Positions 25,867-35,913 are shown, counted from the first letter of the stretch. The stretch is DNA of 64,000 nt from an uncultured Acidobacteriota bacterium (GCA_963770895.1 CAVYRF010000002.1:3552001-3616000), one strand, 5' to 3'. Numbers and translations: made by a program. The notes: a model not told the origin generated them from the letters alone.

Positions 25867-28320
25867 ATGGACCGATGGATGCTCGATCTGCGATGGGCTT
25901 TGCGCACGCTGCGCCGCAACCCCGCCCCCAGCGCGGTGGTGGTGCTGTCGCTGGCGCTGGCGATCGGCGGCGTCACGGCGGTGTTCAGCTTCGTCAACGG
26001 CGTCCTGCTGCGGCCGCTGGCCGGCCGCGGCATCGATCGGGTGGTGCGGGTGCGGGAAGATTGGGCGGCGCCGGGCCAGGACCCGGTGCTGCGCGGCGTC
26101 GACGTCACGACGTTTGAGCGCTGGCGGCAGGACAACCGGGTGTTCACGGGCCTGGCGGCGGGTCACTACCTGCGGCAGAGCCTGACCGGCGACGGCGAGG
26201 CGCTGGCGCTGGCCGGCGCGGAAACCAGCGCCAACTTCTTCCAGGTATTGGGCGTGCGGCCGCTTCTGGGGCGCGGCTTCGTGCCCGAAGAGGAGCGGCC
26301 CGGCCACAATCCGACGGCGATCCTGGGCGAAGACCTGTGGCGCCGGCGCTTCGGCGCCGACCCGCGGATCCTGGGCCGCACGCTACGGCTCAATGGCGTC
26401 CAGCGACAGGTCGTGGGGGTGATGCCGCATGGGTTCCGGCATCCCTACATGGCGCAGGTCTGGGTGCCGCTGGTCCTGGACGAGCCGGCGCGCCAGCGCA
26501 TCGGCAACACCCTGTACGTGCCGGCCCGCCTGGCGCCCGGCGTCGGCCTGGCGCGCGCCGAACGCGAGATGGCGGATCTGACTTCCCGCTTGCAGCAACA
26601 GGGTCAGCTGCCGCCGGGGCCGCGCGGCGCGCGGCTGGTCGGCCTGCGCCAGGAGCTGCTGCGCAACCTGGATTCGCTGCTGCTGTCGCTGCTGGCGGGG
26701 GCGCTGTTCGTGCTGCTGATCGCCTGCGCCAACGTCGCCAACCTGCTGCTGGCGCAGAGCCAGCGGCTGGCCGCCGAGATGGCGGTGCGGGTCGCCCTGG
26801 GCGCCGGCGGCCGCGGCCTCATCGGTCCGTTCGTGGCGCAGAGCGTGCTGCTGGCGCTGCTCGGCGGCGGGCTGGGCGTCGTGCTGGCGACCGCGAGCAT
26901 GGCGCCGATCCTTGCCCTGAGCCCGATCTCGGCGGTGTCCATTTCCGAGCTGGGCACCGAGGTGCGGCTGGATCTGCCCACGCTCGGCTTCACCGTCGCG
27001 ATCACCCTGGCGGTGGGCCTGGCGCTCGGCCTGGTGCCGGCGTTGCGGGCATGGCGCGTGGCGCCGCACGACGCCCTGCGCGGCGGCGGCCGCGTGGCGG
27101 GGCTGGGCCGCTCCGGCCGCCTCTTCACCAGCGGGCTGGTGGTGGCCGAAGTGGCGATCGCTGCGGTGCTGCTGGCCGGCGGCGACCTGGTGGCGCGCAG
27201 CTTCGTGCGGCTGGCCGGCACGCCCTGGGGCCTGCGGCCGCAGGGGCTGCTGACGCTCGACATCAACCTGCAGGCGGCGCGCTACGCCGACCAGGCGGCG
27301 CGGGCGCGCTTTGTCGAGGCGGCGGTGGCGCGGGTGCGGGCGCTGCCCGGCGTGGTGGACGCCGGCGCCACCTCGGTGCAGCCGTTCGACGACTCGGTGG
27401 ACACCTTCAACTTCAACGTGCCCGGCCAGCCGGCGCCCGATCCGCCGGGCGCCTACAGCACCTTCCATCGCGTCATCACCCCCGGCTACCTGCAGACCAT
27501 GGGGATTCGCCTCCTCGCCGGGCGCGCCTTCACCGCGCACGACGACCCGCGGCTGGGCGGCGGCCGCGTCGTCATCATCAGCCGCTCCTTTGCCGAGCGC
27601 TTCTGGCCGGGGCGCAGCCCGCTCGGCATGCGCCTGCGCGCCGACCATCTGGCGCCGGGTTCGCCGTGGCTGACGGTGGTGGGCGTGGCGGCGGACCTGC
27701 CGGTTGAAACCAGCGATCCCTATCTCAACCTCAACGGCGTCAAGACCACCTGGTACGTGCCCGCCGCCCTGGCCGACTTCGATTCGTTCACGCTGGTCGT
27801 GCGCACCCTGCCACGGCCGCAAAGCCTGGCCTCGGCGGTGCGCGGCGCGCTGCGCGAGCTGGATCGCGACCAGCCGGTGACGCGGATCGCCACCATGGAC
27901 CAACGCATCGACGCCTACCTGAGCCGCCAACGCTTCAGTGCCCTGCTGTACGGTGCGTTCGGCCTGCTGGGCCTGCTGCTGGCCTTCGCCGGCATCTACG
28001 GCGTGATGTCGTTCCTGGTCGGCCAGCGGCGGCGCGAGATCGGCGTCCGCATGGCGCTGGGCGCGCGGCCCACCGAGATCCGCAACATGGTGCTGCGCCA
28101 GGCCGCATCGGTGGCGCTGGCCGGCCTGCTGGTGGGGCTTGGCGCGGCGCTGGCGTTGCAGCGCGTGCTGGCGGCCCTGCTGCCGGACGTCGGCACCCTG
28201 GACGCCGCGGTGCTGGGTTTTGTCACCCTGGTGGTGGCCACCGCGGCCCTTGCCGCCGCCTACCTTCCGGCCATCCGCGCCGCGGAGCTCGACCCGATGC
28301 GGGTGCTGCGGCAAGGCTGA
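25867..28320 (+). CDS. Duplicated MacB/FtsX ABC permease (ADOP-like)
   Basis: DLRWALRTLRRNP, LLIACANVANLLL, RRREIGVRMALGA and DPMRVLR; two MacB_PCD-FtsX halves. Confidence 0.93.
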   Translation: MDRWMLDLRWALRTLRRNPAPSAVVVLSLALAIGGVTAVFSFVNGVLLRPLAGRGIDRVVRVREDWAAPGQDPVLRGVDVTTFERWRQDNRVFTGLAAGHYLRQSLTGDGEALALAGAETSANFFQVLGVRPLLGRGFVPEEERPGHNPTAILGEDLWRRRFGADPRILGRTLRLNGVQRQVVGVMPHGFRHPYMAQVWVPLVLDEPARQRIGNTLYVPARLAPGVGLARAEREMADLTSRLQQQGQLPPGPRGARLVGLRQELLRNLDSLLLSLLAGALFVLLIACANVANLLLAQSQRLAAEMAVRVALGAGGRGLIGPFVAQSVLLALLGGGLGVVLATASMAPILALSPISAVSISELGTEVRLDLPTLGFTVAITLAVGLALGLVPALRAWRVAPHDALRGGGRVAGLGRSGRLFTSGLVVAEVAIAAVLLAGGDLVARSFVRLAGTPWGLRPQGLLTLDINLQAARYADQAARARFVEAAVARVRALPGVVDAGATSVQPFDDSVDTFNFNVPGQPAPDPPGAYSTFHRVITPGYLQTMGIRLLAGRAFTAHDDPRLGGGRVVIISRSFAERFWPGRSPLGMRLRADHLAPGSPWLTVVGVAADLPVETSDPYLNLNGVKTTWYVPAALADFDSFTLVVRTLPRPQSLASAVRGALRELDRDQPVTRIATMDQRIDAYLSRQRFSALLYGAFGLLGLLLAFAGIYGVMSFLVGQRRREIGVRMALGARPTEIRNMVLRQAASVALAGLLVGLGAALALQRVLAALLPDVGTLDAAVLGFVTLVVATAALAAAYLPAIRAAELDPMRVLRQG

Positions 28321-28343
28321 GCCCTCGCCGCGGGCGCGGGCGG

Positions 28344-28784
28344 CTACGGCCGCGGCGCCGGCTGGGCGCCCGCCGCCGCGGCCGGCGCGTCGGGCGCCAT
28401 CGCCTGCGGGTGCGGACGGGCGGTTGGCGCGCGGGACGGCAGGTCGCAGGTTTGCGTGGGCAGCGCGCCGATCTGTTGCATGTGCCGGGTGCCCCAGTCG
28501 CACAGGGGCTTGAGGCTGACGGCGAGCGAGCGGCCGAAGTCGCTCAGGCTGTATTCGACGCGCGGCGGCACTTGGTGGAAGTCGTGCCGCACGACGATGC
28601 GGTCCAGCTCCATGCCACGCAGCGTCTGGGCCAGCATCTTCTCGCTGATGCCGGCGACCCGCCGGCGCAGCTCGCCGAAGCGCGCCGCCTCCTGGGCAAG
28701 GGTCCAGAGGATCATCGACTTCCACTTGCCGCCGATGACGGCCAGCGAAGCTTCCAGTCCGCAGCTGTAGGTTTTTTCGGCCAT
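28344..28784 (-). CDS. HxlR-family winged-helix transcription regulator
   Basis: SCGLEASLAVIGGKWK...RFGELRR...ISEKML...VPPRVEYSL; divergent from the SDR. Confidence 0.93.
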   Translation of the reverse strand: MAEKTYSCGLEASLAVIGGKWKSMILWTLAQEAARFGELRRRVAGISEKMLAQTLRGMELDRIVVRHDFHQVPPRVEYSLSDFGRSLAVSLKPLCDWGTRHMQQIGALPTQTCDLPSRAPTARPHPQAMAPDAPAAAAGAQPAPRP

Positions 28785-28816
28785 CGCGATCTCCGTTGCC
28801 CGCTGGCGACGATCAA

Positions 28817-28866
28817 TACTTACAAAAAGGTGGGTACTTGTCAATTGGGAAGTGTGCGCCTAGCGT
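28817..28866 (+). promoter_or_regulatory. Probable HxlR operator and sigma70 promoter of the SDR
   Basis: Imperfect inverted repeat TACTTAC-N6-GTGGGTA (28817-28836) abutting TTGTCA-17 nt-TAGCGT (28838-28866). Confidence 0.5.
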
Positions 28867-28964
28867 GGAAGTTGCCGGCGATTGGCGCCGGCCATGGGGC
28901 GCCCGGAACGACCACGACACGCTACCTGCCGGGCCCCTGCATCGACGCCGTGGAAAAGGGAATC

Positions 28965-29696
28965 ATGGGCAAGTTGGATGGGAAGATCGCAGTCATCACC
29001 GGCGGCAGCTCCGGTATCGGCCTGGCCGCCGCCAAGCGCTTTGTCGCCGAAGGCGCTTACGTCTTCATCACCGGCCGTCGCCGCGCCGAGCTGGACGCCG
29101 CGGTGCGCGACATCGGCAGCAACGTCACCGCCGTCCAGGGCGACGTCGCCAACCTGGCCGACCTGGATCGTCTATTCGCAACCGTCAAGACCGACAAGGG
29201 GCGCATCGACGTCCTGTTTGCCAACGCTGGCGGCGGCGAATGGATGCCTTTTGAAAGCATCACCGAGGAGTACTTCGGCAAGATTTTTGACAACAACCTC
29301 AAGGGCACGGTCTTCGCCGTGCAGAAGGCCCTGCCGCTGCTCGGCCCCGGCTCCTCGGTCATCATGACCGGCTCGATCGCCGGCGTGAAAGCCGTGCCGA
29401 GCGCTTCGGTGTACAGCGCCACGAAGGCCGCCCTGCGCTCCTTCGCCCGCAGCTGGACCCTGGAGCTGAAAGGCAGGGGCATCCGCTTCAACGTGCTCAG
29501 CCCCGGCCCGGTCAACACCCCGGCCCTGGCCCCCCTCCCCGCCGAGGTGATCGCGCAGCTGGTCGCCACCGTCCCCATGGGCCGCATCGGCGAAGTCGAC
29601 GAGATCGCCAAGGCCGCCGTCTTCCTGGCCTCCGACGATTCCAGCTTCGTCAGCGGCGCCGAGCTCTACGCCGACGGCGGCACCGCCCAGGTGTGA
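28965..29696 (+). CDS. Short-chain dehydrogenase/reductase
   Basis: TGGSSGIG, FANAG, YSATK catalytic motif, SPGPVNT. Confidence 0.95.
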   Translation: MGKLDGKIAVITGGSSGIGLAAAKRFVAEGAYVFITGRRRAELDAAVRDIGSNVTAVQGDVANLADLDRLFATVKTDKGRIDVLFANAGGGEWMPFESITEEYFGKIFDNNLKGTVFAVQKALPLLGPGSSVIMTGSIAGVKAVPSASVYSATKAALRSFARSWTLELKGRGIRFNVLSPGPVNTPALAPLPAEVIAQLVATVPMGRIGEVDEIAKAAVFLASDDSSFVSGAELYADGGTAQV

Positions 29697-29767
29697 CCCG
29701 CGGCTCCTGCGCGCCGGTCCGCCGGCCAGGGGCTCTGGCCGGCGGCGCCGGCGGGGCGGACCGGCAC

Positions 29768-29815
29768 CCAAAACGACCCGGCCCGCGCCCTCCCTTTGGA
29801 GAGGGCGCGGGCCGG
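29768..29815 (-). terminator. Intrinsic terminator downstream of phosphoesterase 29860..31437
   Basis: 15-bp perfect stem CCGGCCCGCGCCCTC/GAGGGCGCGGGCCGG followed on the minus strand by GTCGTTTT. Confidence 0.65.
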
Positions 29816-29859
29816 CGTTGGTTGTAAGGCTGGTTGCTGAGTGCGGCGGGCTGATGGGG

Positions 29860-31437
29860 CTAGTTGGTGACCACGCCGGTGTTGGGATTGAGCAGGACCG
29901 GGGCGGCGTGGAGGTGGTGGAAGTCGAACATGTTCTGGACGGAGCCCGCGATGTCGTCGAAGGAGCCGCCGCCGATGCGGCCCAGGCTCCAGTTGTCTTC
30001 GATGAAGCGGATGGCGGAGCTCTGGTCGGTCGTGGTGTGGTCGACGAAGTTCTGCTTGGCGTAGGGCGAGATCACCAGCAGCGGGAGCCGCGGACCGTAG
30101 CCGCAGCGGCCCTGGATGCCGCCCAGGGGCGTGCCGGAACCGCAGACGCCGTTGCCGCTGAGGGCGTCGGCGGTGGTGGAGGAGGGGTTCACGATCGGCG
30201 ACATGGCGTGGTCGTACCAGCCGTCCGAGTCGTCGTACATGATGAAGACGGCGGTGGAGCGCCATGCCGGGCTCTGCTGCAGGGCGTTGAGCACGGTGAC
30301 CAGGAAGATCTGCTCGTCGAGCGGCGAGGAGTAGCCGGCGTGGCCGTCCTGGGCCTTGATCGCCTTGAGGAAGGAGACCGCCGGCAGGTTTCCGGCACGC
30401 AGGGCTTCGTAGAAGTTCGTCAGGTCGTACTGGTGGTTGGCCTGATCGGTGCGGCCGATCGCCGCGGTCGAGGTCGGCGGCAGGTGGTGCGGGTTGGCGC
30501 TCTGCGGGAAATATTCGAACGGCTCGTGATGGGCGCTGTAGTTGGTCTGCATCACGCCGCCGACGTTGGGGGTCTGCGAGGCGCAGACGGCGCCGCCGGC
30601 CGAGGTGCGCGAGCTGGGGGCGAAGCCGCCCTGGAACCAGCCCCAGGTGAGGCCCGCGGTGTTGAGCAGATCGCCGATGTTGGTGCCCGTCACGCCCAGC
30701 TGGCCCGGGGAGCCGCAATCGTCGTAGTAGGGATCGGGGTCGCCGATGACGGTCGAGCCGATGATGGCGCTGCTGTTGTCGCCGATGGTGTGATTGCTGT
30801 CGACGTAGCCGGTCTGGCCGGCGACCAGGTTGAGCGCGCCGACGGTCGAGGGACCGAAGGTGGTGCCGTAGGAGTTGTCGTTCAGCGCGAAGTGCTGCGC
30901 GTAATTCCACATCGCCGTCACGGTGCTGCCGTCGTAGTAACCCATGGTGAGGGCGGCGCCGTAGCCGTAATCGCAGCCGCTGCCGCCGACGCCGACCTGT
31001 TCGGGGAACTGGTCGAGCAGACCGCCGTTGGCGGCCTTCTGCTCGGGCGTGTAGTCGTGGTCCTGGTCGCAGGTGTAGTTCTGCACCCGGCTCAGGCGGA
31101 AGGGCGCCGCCGAGTTGGGGTTGCGGTCGGCCAGGGGGCCGGTCAGACCGTTCACCGAGGGCGTTCCGGCCGCCGGACGGAAGGTCGACTCACCCTTCAG
31201 ATTGGCGGCGATCGGATACGACCCAAAATAGTGATCGAACGAGATGTTCTCCTGAAAGATCACCACCACATGCTCGATCGGCGTGGTGGTGCCGTGGCCG
31301 CTGGTCGGAGTGGCAGCCGGCTGCGCCGCGGCGGCGGGCTGGTCCGCGCCGTGCGCGGCAGGGGACAGAACGACGAGGGTGCCGGTCAGCAGCAGCGCCG
31401 CCAGGGCGCCGCGGACCAGGCGTTGGGTTGTCAACAT
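29860..31437 (-). CDS. Secreted phosphoesterase (phospholipase C / AcpA acid phosphatase family)
   Basis: IEHVVVIFQENISFDHYFG, FGPSTVGA, YDDSDGWYDH, GYGPRLPLLVISPY; signal peptide; GAGGAGG RBS. Confidence 0.93.
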   Translation of the reverse strand: MLTTQRLVRGALAALLLTGTLVVLSPAAHGADQPAAAAQPAATPTSGHGTTTPIEHVVVIFQENISFDHYFGSYPIAANLKGESTFRPAAGTPSVNGLTGPLADRNPNSAAPFRLSRVQNYTCDQDHDYTPEQKAANGGLLDQFPEQVGVGGSGCDYGYGAALTMGYYDGSTVTAMWNYAQHFALNDNSYGTTFGPSTVGALNLVAGQTGYVDSNHTIGDNSSAIIGSTVIGDPDPYYDDCGSPGQLGVTGTNIGDLLNTAGLTWGWFQGGFAPSSRTSAGGAVCASQTPNVGGVMQTNYSAHHEPFEYFPQSANPHHLPPTSTAAIGRTDQANHQYDLTNFYEALRAGNLPAVSFLKAIKAQDGHAGYSSPLDEQIFLVTVLNALQQSPAWRSTAVFIMYDDSDGWYDHAMSPIVNPSSTTADALSGNGVCGSGTPLGGIQGRCGYGPRLPLLVISPYAKQNFVDHTTTDQSSAIRFIEDNWSLGRIGGGSFDDIAGSVQNMFDFHHLHAAPVLLNPNTGVVTN

Positions 31438-31732
31438 GCACTTCCTCCTCTTGGGATGACGTTGGGACAGCCGCAAGCGTGAACGGAATGCCGGCAGGCG
31501 GCAGGCCGCGCGAGCGGACCAAGCCTGAGACACTGTCGCCAGCCTAGAGCTCGCGTGGGTCGCGCTCGCAACGCCGTGGTGAGCATCGCGCGCCGCGCCG
31601 GTGTCGGCGACGTGGCGGCAGTCGTCGCCGATCCGTCACGCCCGCGCCATCCGTGGCGGCTACAGTGCCGACCGCGGCGCTGGCAGCCGGCCTGCCCGCG
31701 GCAGCCGTGCCCGCGCGCCGAGGAGGAAACCC

Positions 31733-33394
31733 ATGTCATCTTCGTGTAGATCGCTCGCAACGATCAGCGCGCCCGGCTCGCCCGACGCGCGTGGATCGCA
31801 ACGCAGGGAAGGCGCGCGGCTTGCCCTGCTGCTCTTCGCAGCGCTCGCCGGCGGCGGCCTGGCGCGGGCGGGCTTTGCGATCAGCGCGCCACCTGCCACC
31901 ACGCCGATCCAGCACATCGTGGTGATCTTCGAGGAAGACGTGTCGTTCGATCACTACTTTGCCACCTATCCGCACGCCGCCAATCCGCCGGGCGAGCCGC
32001 CGTTCCACGCCACCCGCGCCGCCTACACGCCGGCGGTCAACGGTCTGACCGACGTCCTGCTCGGCCACAACCCGAACCTTGCCGCGCCTTTCCGTCTGGG
32101 CCGGGCGCAGAGCTACACCTGCAGCCAGGATCACGAGTACACCGCCGAGCAGACGGCGGTCGACCTGGGAGCGATGGATCGCTTTGTCGAAACCTTGGGA
32201 GAGAGCGCCGCGACCTGTCCCGACTACGGGTTGGGCAAGAAGCTGACCATGGGCTACTTCGACGGCAACACGGTCGGCGCCCTGTGGAGCTACGCCCAGC
32301 ACTATGCGATGAGCGACAACTTCTTCGGCACCACCTACGGCCCGTCGACGGTGGGAGCGCTCAACCTGGTGTCGGGCAAGGGGGGCCCCATCGATCCGCA
32401 GCACATCGCCGGCGACCTGAGCGGCGACGTGCTGGGGTCGACCGTGGTCGGCGAGCCGGAGCCGTATTGGGACGACTGCGCCGGCGTCGAACAGGTGGCG
32501 CTGACCGGCCGCAACATCGGCGACCTGCTGTCCGCCTCCTACATCACCTGGGGCTGGTTTCAGGGCGGCTTCGCGCCGACCGAAACCCACGCCGACGGCA
32601 CCGTGGCGTGCGGCGCCAGGACGGCCAACCTGGCCGGCGCGCCGCAGATGGATTACAGCCCGCACGAGGAGCCGTTCCAATATTTCAAGCAGACCGCCAA
32701 TCCGCATCACCTGCCGCCATCCGCAGCCAACATGATCGGTCACGGCGACCAGGCGAATCACCAATACGACCTGGCCGCCTTCTGGACCGCGGCCAAGGCC
32801 GGCAACCTGCCACAGGTCAGCTTCCTCAAGGCGAAGCGGGCGAGCGACGGCCACGCCGAATCCTCGTCGCCGCTCGACGAGCAGGCCTGGCTGGCCGCCA
32901 CCATCAACCAGCTGCAGCAGCTGCCGGAGTGGAAGACGATGGCGATCCTGATCACCTGGGACGATTCCAACGGCTGGTACGACCACGTGCTGGGGCCGCT
33001 GGTCAATGCGTCGAACACCGCCGCCGACGCGCTCACCGGCGCCGGCAGCTGCGGTTCCGGCTCGCCGCTGGGCGGCGTGCAGGGGCGCTGCGGCTACGGT
33101 CCGCGCCTGCCGCTTTTGGCGATCTCGCCCTTTAGCAAGGTTAACTTTGTCGATCACTCGCTGACCGACCAGACGTCGCTGCTGCGCTTCATCGAGGACA
33201 ACTGGAGCCTGGGCCGCCTGGGCGGCGGCTCGTTCGACGAGATCGCCGGCTCGCTCGGCAACCTTTTCGATTTTGGCCGCGATCCCCACGCCGGCACGCT
33301 GGTGGTGGACCCGGCGACCGGCGAGGTGAAGGCGGCGGCGGGCTTTGTGGCGCTCGAAGCCGCTGGCGGCGGCGACCCGCGGCCGGCGCCATGA
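31733..33394 (+). CDS. Second secreted phosphoesterase (phospholipase C / AcpA family), divergent paralog
   Basis: IQHIVVIFEEDVSFDHYFA, YGPSTVGA, WDDSNGWYDH, GYGPRLPLLAISPF; AGGAGG RBS. Confidence 0.92.
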   Translation: MSSSCRSLATISAPGSPDARGSQRREGARLALLLFAALAGGGLARAGFAISAPPATTPIQHIVVIFEEDVSFDHYFATYPHAANPPGEPPFHATRAAYTPAVNGLTDVLLGHNPNLAAPFRLGRAQSYTCSQDHEYTAEQTAVDLGAMDRFVETLGESAATCPDYGLGKKLTMGYFDGNTVGALWSYAQHYAMSDNFFGTTYGPSTVGALNLVSGKGGPIDPQHIAGDLSGDVLGSTVVGEPEPYWDDCAGVEQVALTGRNIGDLLSASYITWGWFQGGFAPTETHADGTVACGARTANLAGAPQMDYSPHEEPFQYFKQTANPHHLPPSAANMIGHGDQANHQYDLAAFWTAAKAGNLPQVSFLKAKRASDGHAESSSPLDEQAWLAATINQLQQLPEWKTMAILITWDDSNGWYDHVLGPLVNASNTAADALTGAGSCGSGSPLGGVQGRCGYGPRLPLLAISPFSKVNFVDHSLTDQTSLLRFIEDNWSLGRLGGGSFDEIAGSLGNLFDFGRDPHAGTLVVDPATGEVKAAAGFVALEAAGGGDPRPAP

Positions 33395-35082
33395 CGGTCA
33401 CGCGTCGCCAGCTGCTGCAGTTCGCGGCGGCGGCGGGCGCCCGCTACGCCCTGCTGCCGCGGCGCCTCAACTGGGCGCAGCGCTCGCCCGACCTGACGCC
33501 GTTCGTCGACCCGCTGCCGGTGCCGCCGGTGCTGCAGGGGGCGGCGCGCTACGACGTGCACATGCGGGAGATCCTGCACAAGCTCCACCGCGACCTGCCG
33601 GCCACCCGCGTGTGGGCCTATCACGGCACCTTCATCGGACCGACCTTCGAGGTGCGCCGCGGCTCGCCCATCGAGGTGCAGTGGTTGAACGAGCTGCCGG
33701 AGCGCCACCTGCTGCCGATCGATCACGCCCTGCACGGCGCCGAGCGCGAGCTGCCCGCGGTGCGCACCGTCGTCCACCTGCACGGCGCCAAGGTGCTGGG
33801 CGACAGCGACGGCCATCCCGAAGCCTGGTTCACGCGCGACTTTGCCCGCACCGGCCGCATGTTTTCCCGCCGCACCGTGCGCTACCCCAACGAGCAGGCC
33901 GCGGCGGCGCTGTGGTATCACGACCACGCCCTGGGCATCACCCGCTTGAACGTCTACGCCGGCCTGGCCGGCTTCTACCTGATCCGCGACGACGTGGAGG
34001 ACGCGCTGCCGCTGCCCCGGCGGCGCTACGAAGTGCCGCTGATGTTTCAGGACCGCTCGCTCAATGCCGACGGCTCGCTCGACTATCCGGTGCAGGGGCC
34101 GGTGGCGGCCGACGTGCCGGCGATATGGATCCCCGAGATGTTCGCCGACACCGGCCTGGTCAACGGCAAGGTGCTGCCGTTCCTGGCGGTCGAGCCGCGC
34201 AAGTATCGCTTCCGCATGTTGAACGCCTGCAACGCGCGCTTTCTCAACCTGTCGGTCGCCGGCGCCGGCGATCCGGCGGAGGTGCTGCCGCTGATCCAGA
34301 TCGGCAGCGACCAGGGGCTGCTGCCGCGGCCGGTCGAGCTCAGGGAGCTGCTGCTGGCGCCGGCCGAGCGGGCCGACGTGGTGATCGATTTCGCCGCGCG
34401 CGCCGGCAAGGACTTGCTGGTGCTCAACAACGCGCCGGCGCCCTATCCCGGCGGCGGCGCGCTGGGGGCGGTGCCGATGTTCATGCAGTTCCGCGTCACC
34501 GGCAGCGTGACGCAGCCGGACCAGCCGCTGCCGGCGCGCCTGGCGGCGCCGCTGCCCGAGCCGCTGCCGCCGGCCGGCTGCGTGCGCCGGCGCCTGCTGA
34601 TCGCCGAAACCGACGCCGCCTCCGGCGATCCGCTCATCGGCCTGCTCGGCACGGTCGAGGGCGGCGGCATGCGCTTCCACGCGCCGACGACCGAAAACCC
34701 GCGCGCCGGCGCGACCGAGATGTGGGAGCTGTACAACACCACCGAAGACGCCCACCCCATCCACCTGCACCTGGCGCGCTTTCAGGTGGTCGAGCGGCAG
34801 CTGTTCGATCTCAAGACATTTCAGGCCGGCGGCGGCATCCGCTTCACCGCTCCCCCCGAGCGCCCCGCCGCCAACGAGCGCCCCGCCTGGAAGGACGTGG
34901 TGGCGGCGCTGCCCGGCGAGCCCGACGCCGGAACCGGCCGCGTCACCCGCATCCTGCCGACGTTCGAGATGCCGGCCGGTCCCGTCCCCGCCCCCGGCAC
35001 CCACCCCGACTACATGTGGCACTGCCACATCCTGGAGCACGAAGACAACGAGATGATGCGGCCGCTGCGGGTGATGCCCTAG
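33391..35082 (+). CDS. Tat-exported multicopper oxidase (CotA/bilirubin oxidase-like)
   Basis: TRRQLL twin-arginine leader; HLHG, WYHDH, HPIHLH and WHCHILEHEDNEMM copper motifs; ATGA overlap with the phosphoesterase. Confidence 0.95.
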   Translation: MTVTRRQLLQFAAAAGARYALLPRRLNWAQRSPDLTPFVDPLPVPPVLQGAARYDVHMREILHKLHRDLPATRVWAYHGTFIGPTFEVRRGSPIEVQWLNELPERHLLPIDHALHGAERELPAVRTVVHLHGAKVLGDSDGHPEAWFTRDFARTGRMFSRRTVRYPNEQAAAALWYHDHALGITRLNVYAGLAGFYLIRDDVEDALPLPRRRYEVPLMFQDRSLNADGSLDYPVQGPVAADVPAIWIPEMFADTGLVNGKVLPFLAVEPRKYRFRMLNACNARFLNLSVAGAGDPAEVLPLIQIGSDQGLLPRPVELRELLLAPAERADVVIDFAARAGKDLLVLNNAPAPYPGGGALGAVPMFMQFRVTGSVTQPDQPLPARLAAPLPEPLPPAGCVRRRLLIAETDAASGDPLIGLLGTVEGGGMRFHAPTTENPRAGATEMWELYNTTEDAHPIHLHLARFQVVERQLFDLKTFQAGGGIRFTAPPERPAANERPAWKDVVAALPGEPDAGTGRVTRILPTFEMPAGPVPAPGTHPDYMWHCHILEHEDNEMMRPLRVMP

Positions 35083-35115
35083 TCCCGACGGGCCGCCCGC
35101 TGCTCGCCGGGACCC

Positions 35116-35535
35116 TCAAGCCGCGGTGGCCAGACCCTCCAGCCGGGCGGCCGCAAGCAGGCGATCGTCGCTGCAGACAAACAGGCAAGGCACCTGCAAC
35201 CGATCCCTCAGCTCGATGCAGGAGGCGAGCTGAATGCCGTCCGCCGCGCGCAGCGCATGCCGAGTCAGAAGAGCCACGGCGCGCGCCACCACTTCGGGCC
35301 CCACCTCCACCAGGAAGAGCGTCGCGAAATCAACGCGCAACATCGCCAGCACCCGGTCGCGCTCCGCTGTCGAGAAAGCCCCCTCGCGGCAGCGGCGCGC
35401 CAGCGCCGAAGCGACTTCCGCCTCCGACAACCGGGATGCGGCGGCAATGCCGCCGCGGAGAAGGGAATTCAGGCGCTTGCCGCCGGGCTCCAGCACATAT
35501 CGCTTGACCAGCGCGCTGGAGTCGAAATAGCGCAC
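35116..35535 (-). CDS. vapC: PIN-domain toxin (VapC family)
   Basis: YFDSSALVKRY...EVASAL...LRAADGIQLAS...SDDRL; GTG start; lies directly downstream of the antitoxin. Confidence 0.9.
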   Translation of the reverse strand: MRYFDSSALVKRYVLEPGGKRLNSLLRGGIAAASRLSEAEVASALARRCREGAFSTAERDRVLAMLRVDFATLFLVEVGPEVVARAVALLTRHALRAADGIQLASCIELRDRLQVPCLFVCSDDRLLAAARLEGLATAA

Positions 35536-35569
35536 GTCCGGGGTGCGCTCCGCCGGCTCGGCAACGATC

Positions 35570-35878
35570 TTAGAAACGATCTTCCCGATCCTCCAGAACT
35601 GCTTGCGAAACCGACTGCCGCGATACGACAGGCTGAAAGTCCCGGAATACCGCGCGCTCCCGCACTTCCTGGCTGACCAGCCCCTGCGAGGCCAGGCGGT
35701 ACAGCTGCTCTTCAAGGCCACCGCCGAGCGCCAGCGGCCGCAGCTCGGCAATCGGCAGCCCGCGCTCGGTCACCAGGATCGTCTCCCCAGCCTTGACGCG
35801 CCGCAGATAGGAGCCCAGGCGGGTCTTCAGCTCCCGACAGCCGACAGCAACCGGACGGGAAGAGCGGAGCGGAGCCAT
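35570..35878 (-). CDS. Phd/YefM family antitoxin
   Basis: VGCRELKTRLGSYLRRVKAGETILVTERGLPIAEL...VLEDREDRF. Confidence 0.9.
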   Translation of the reverse strand: MAPLRSSRPVAVGCRELKTRLGSYLRRVKAGETILVTERGLPIAELRPLALGGGLEEQLYRLASQGLVSQEVRERAVFRDFQPVVSRQSVSQAVLEDREDRF

Positions 35879-35884
35879 GTGGTC

Positions 35885-35913
35885 ATTGTGGGCTCTTTGC
35901 GGTTCCGGGTCAA
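35885..35913 (-). promoter_or_regulatory. Sigma70 promoter of the toxin-antitoxin operon (probably leaderless)
   Basis: TTGACC-17 nt-CACAAT, ending 6 nt before the antitoxin ATG. Confidence 0.55.

Noticed and set aside
25867-28320. ABC permease without an adjacent ATPase
   Set aside because: Orphan duplicated permeases are a known expanded family in Acidobacteria; not novel.
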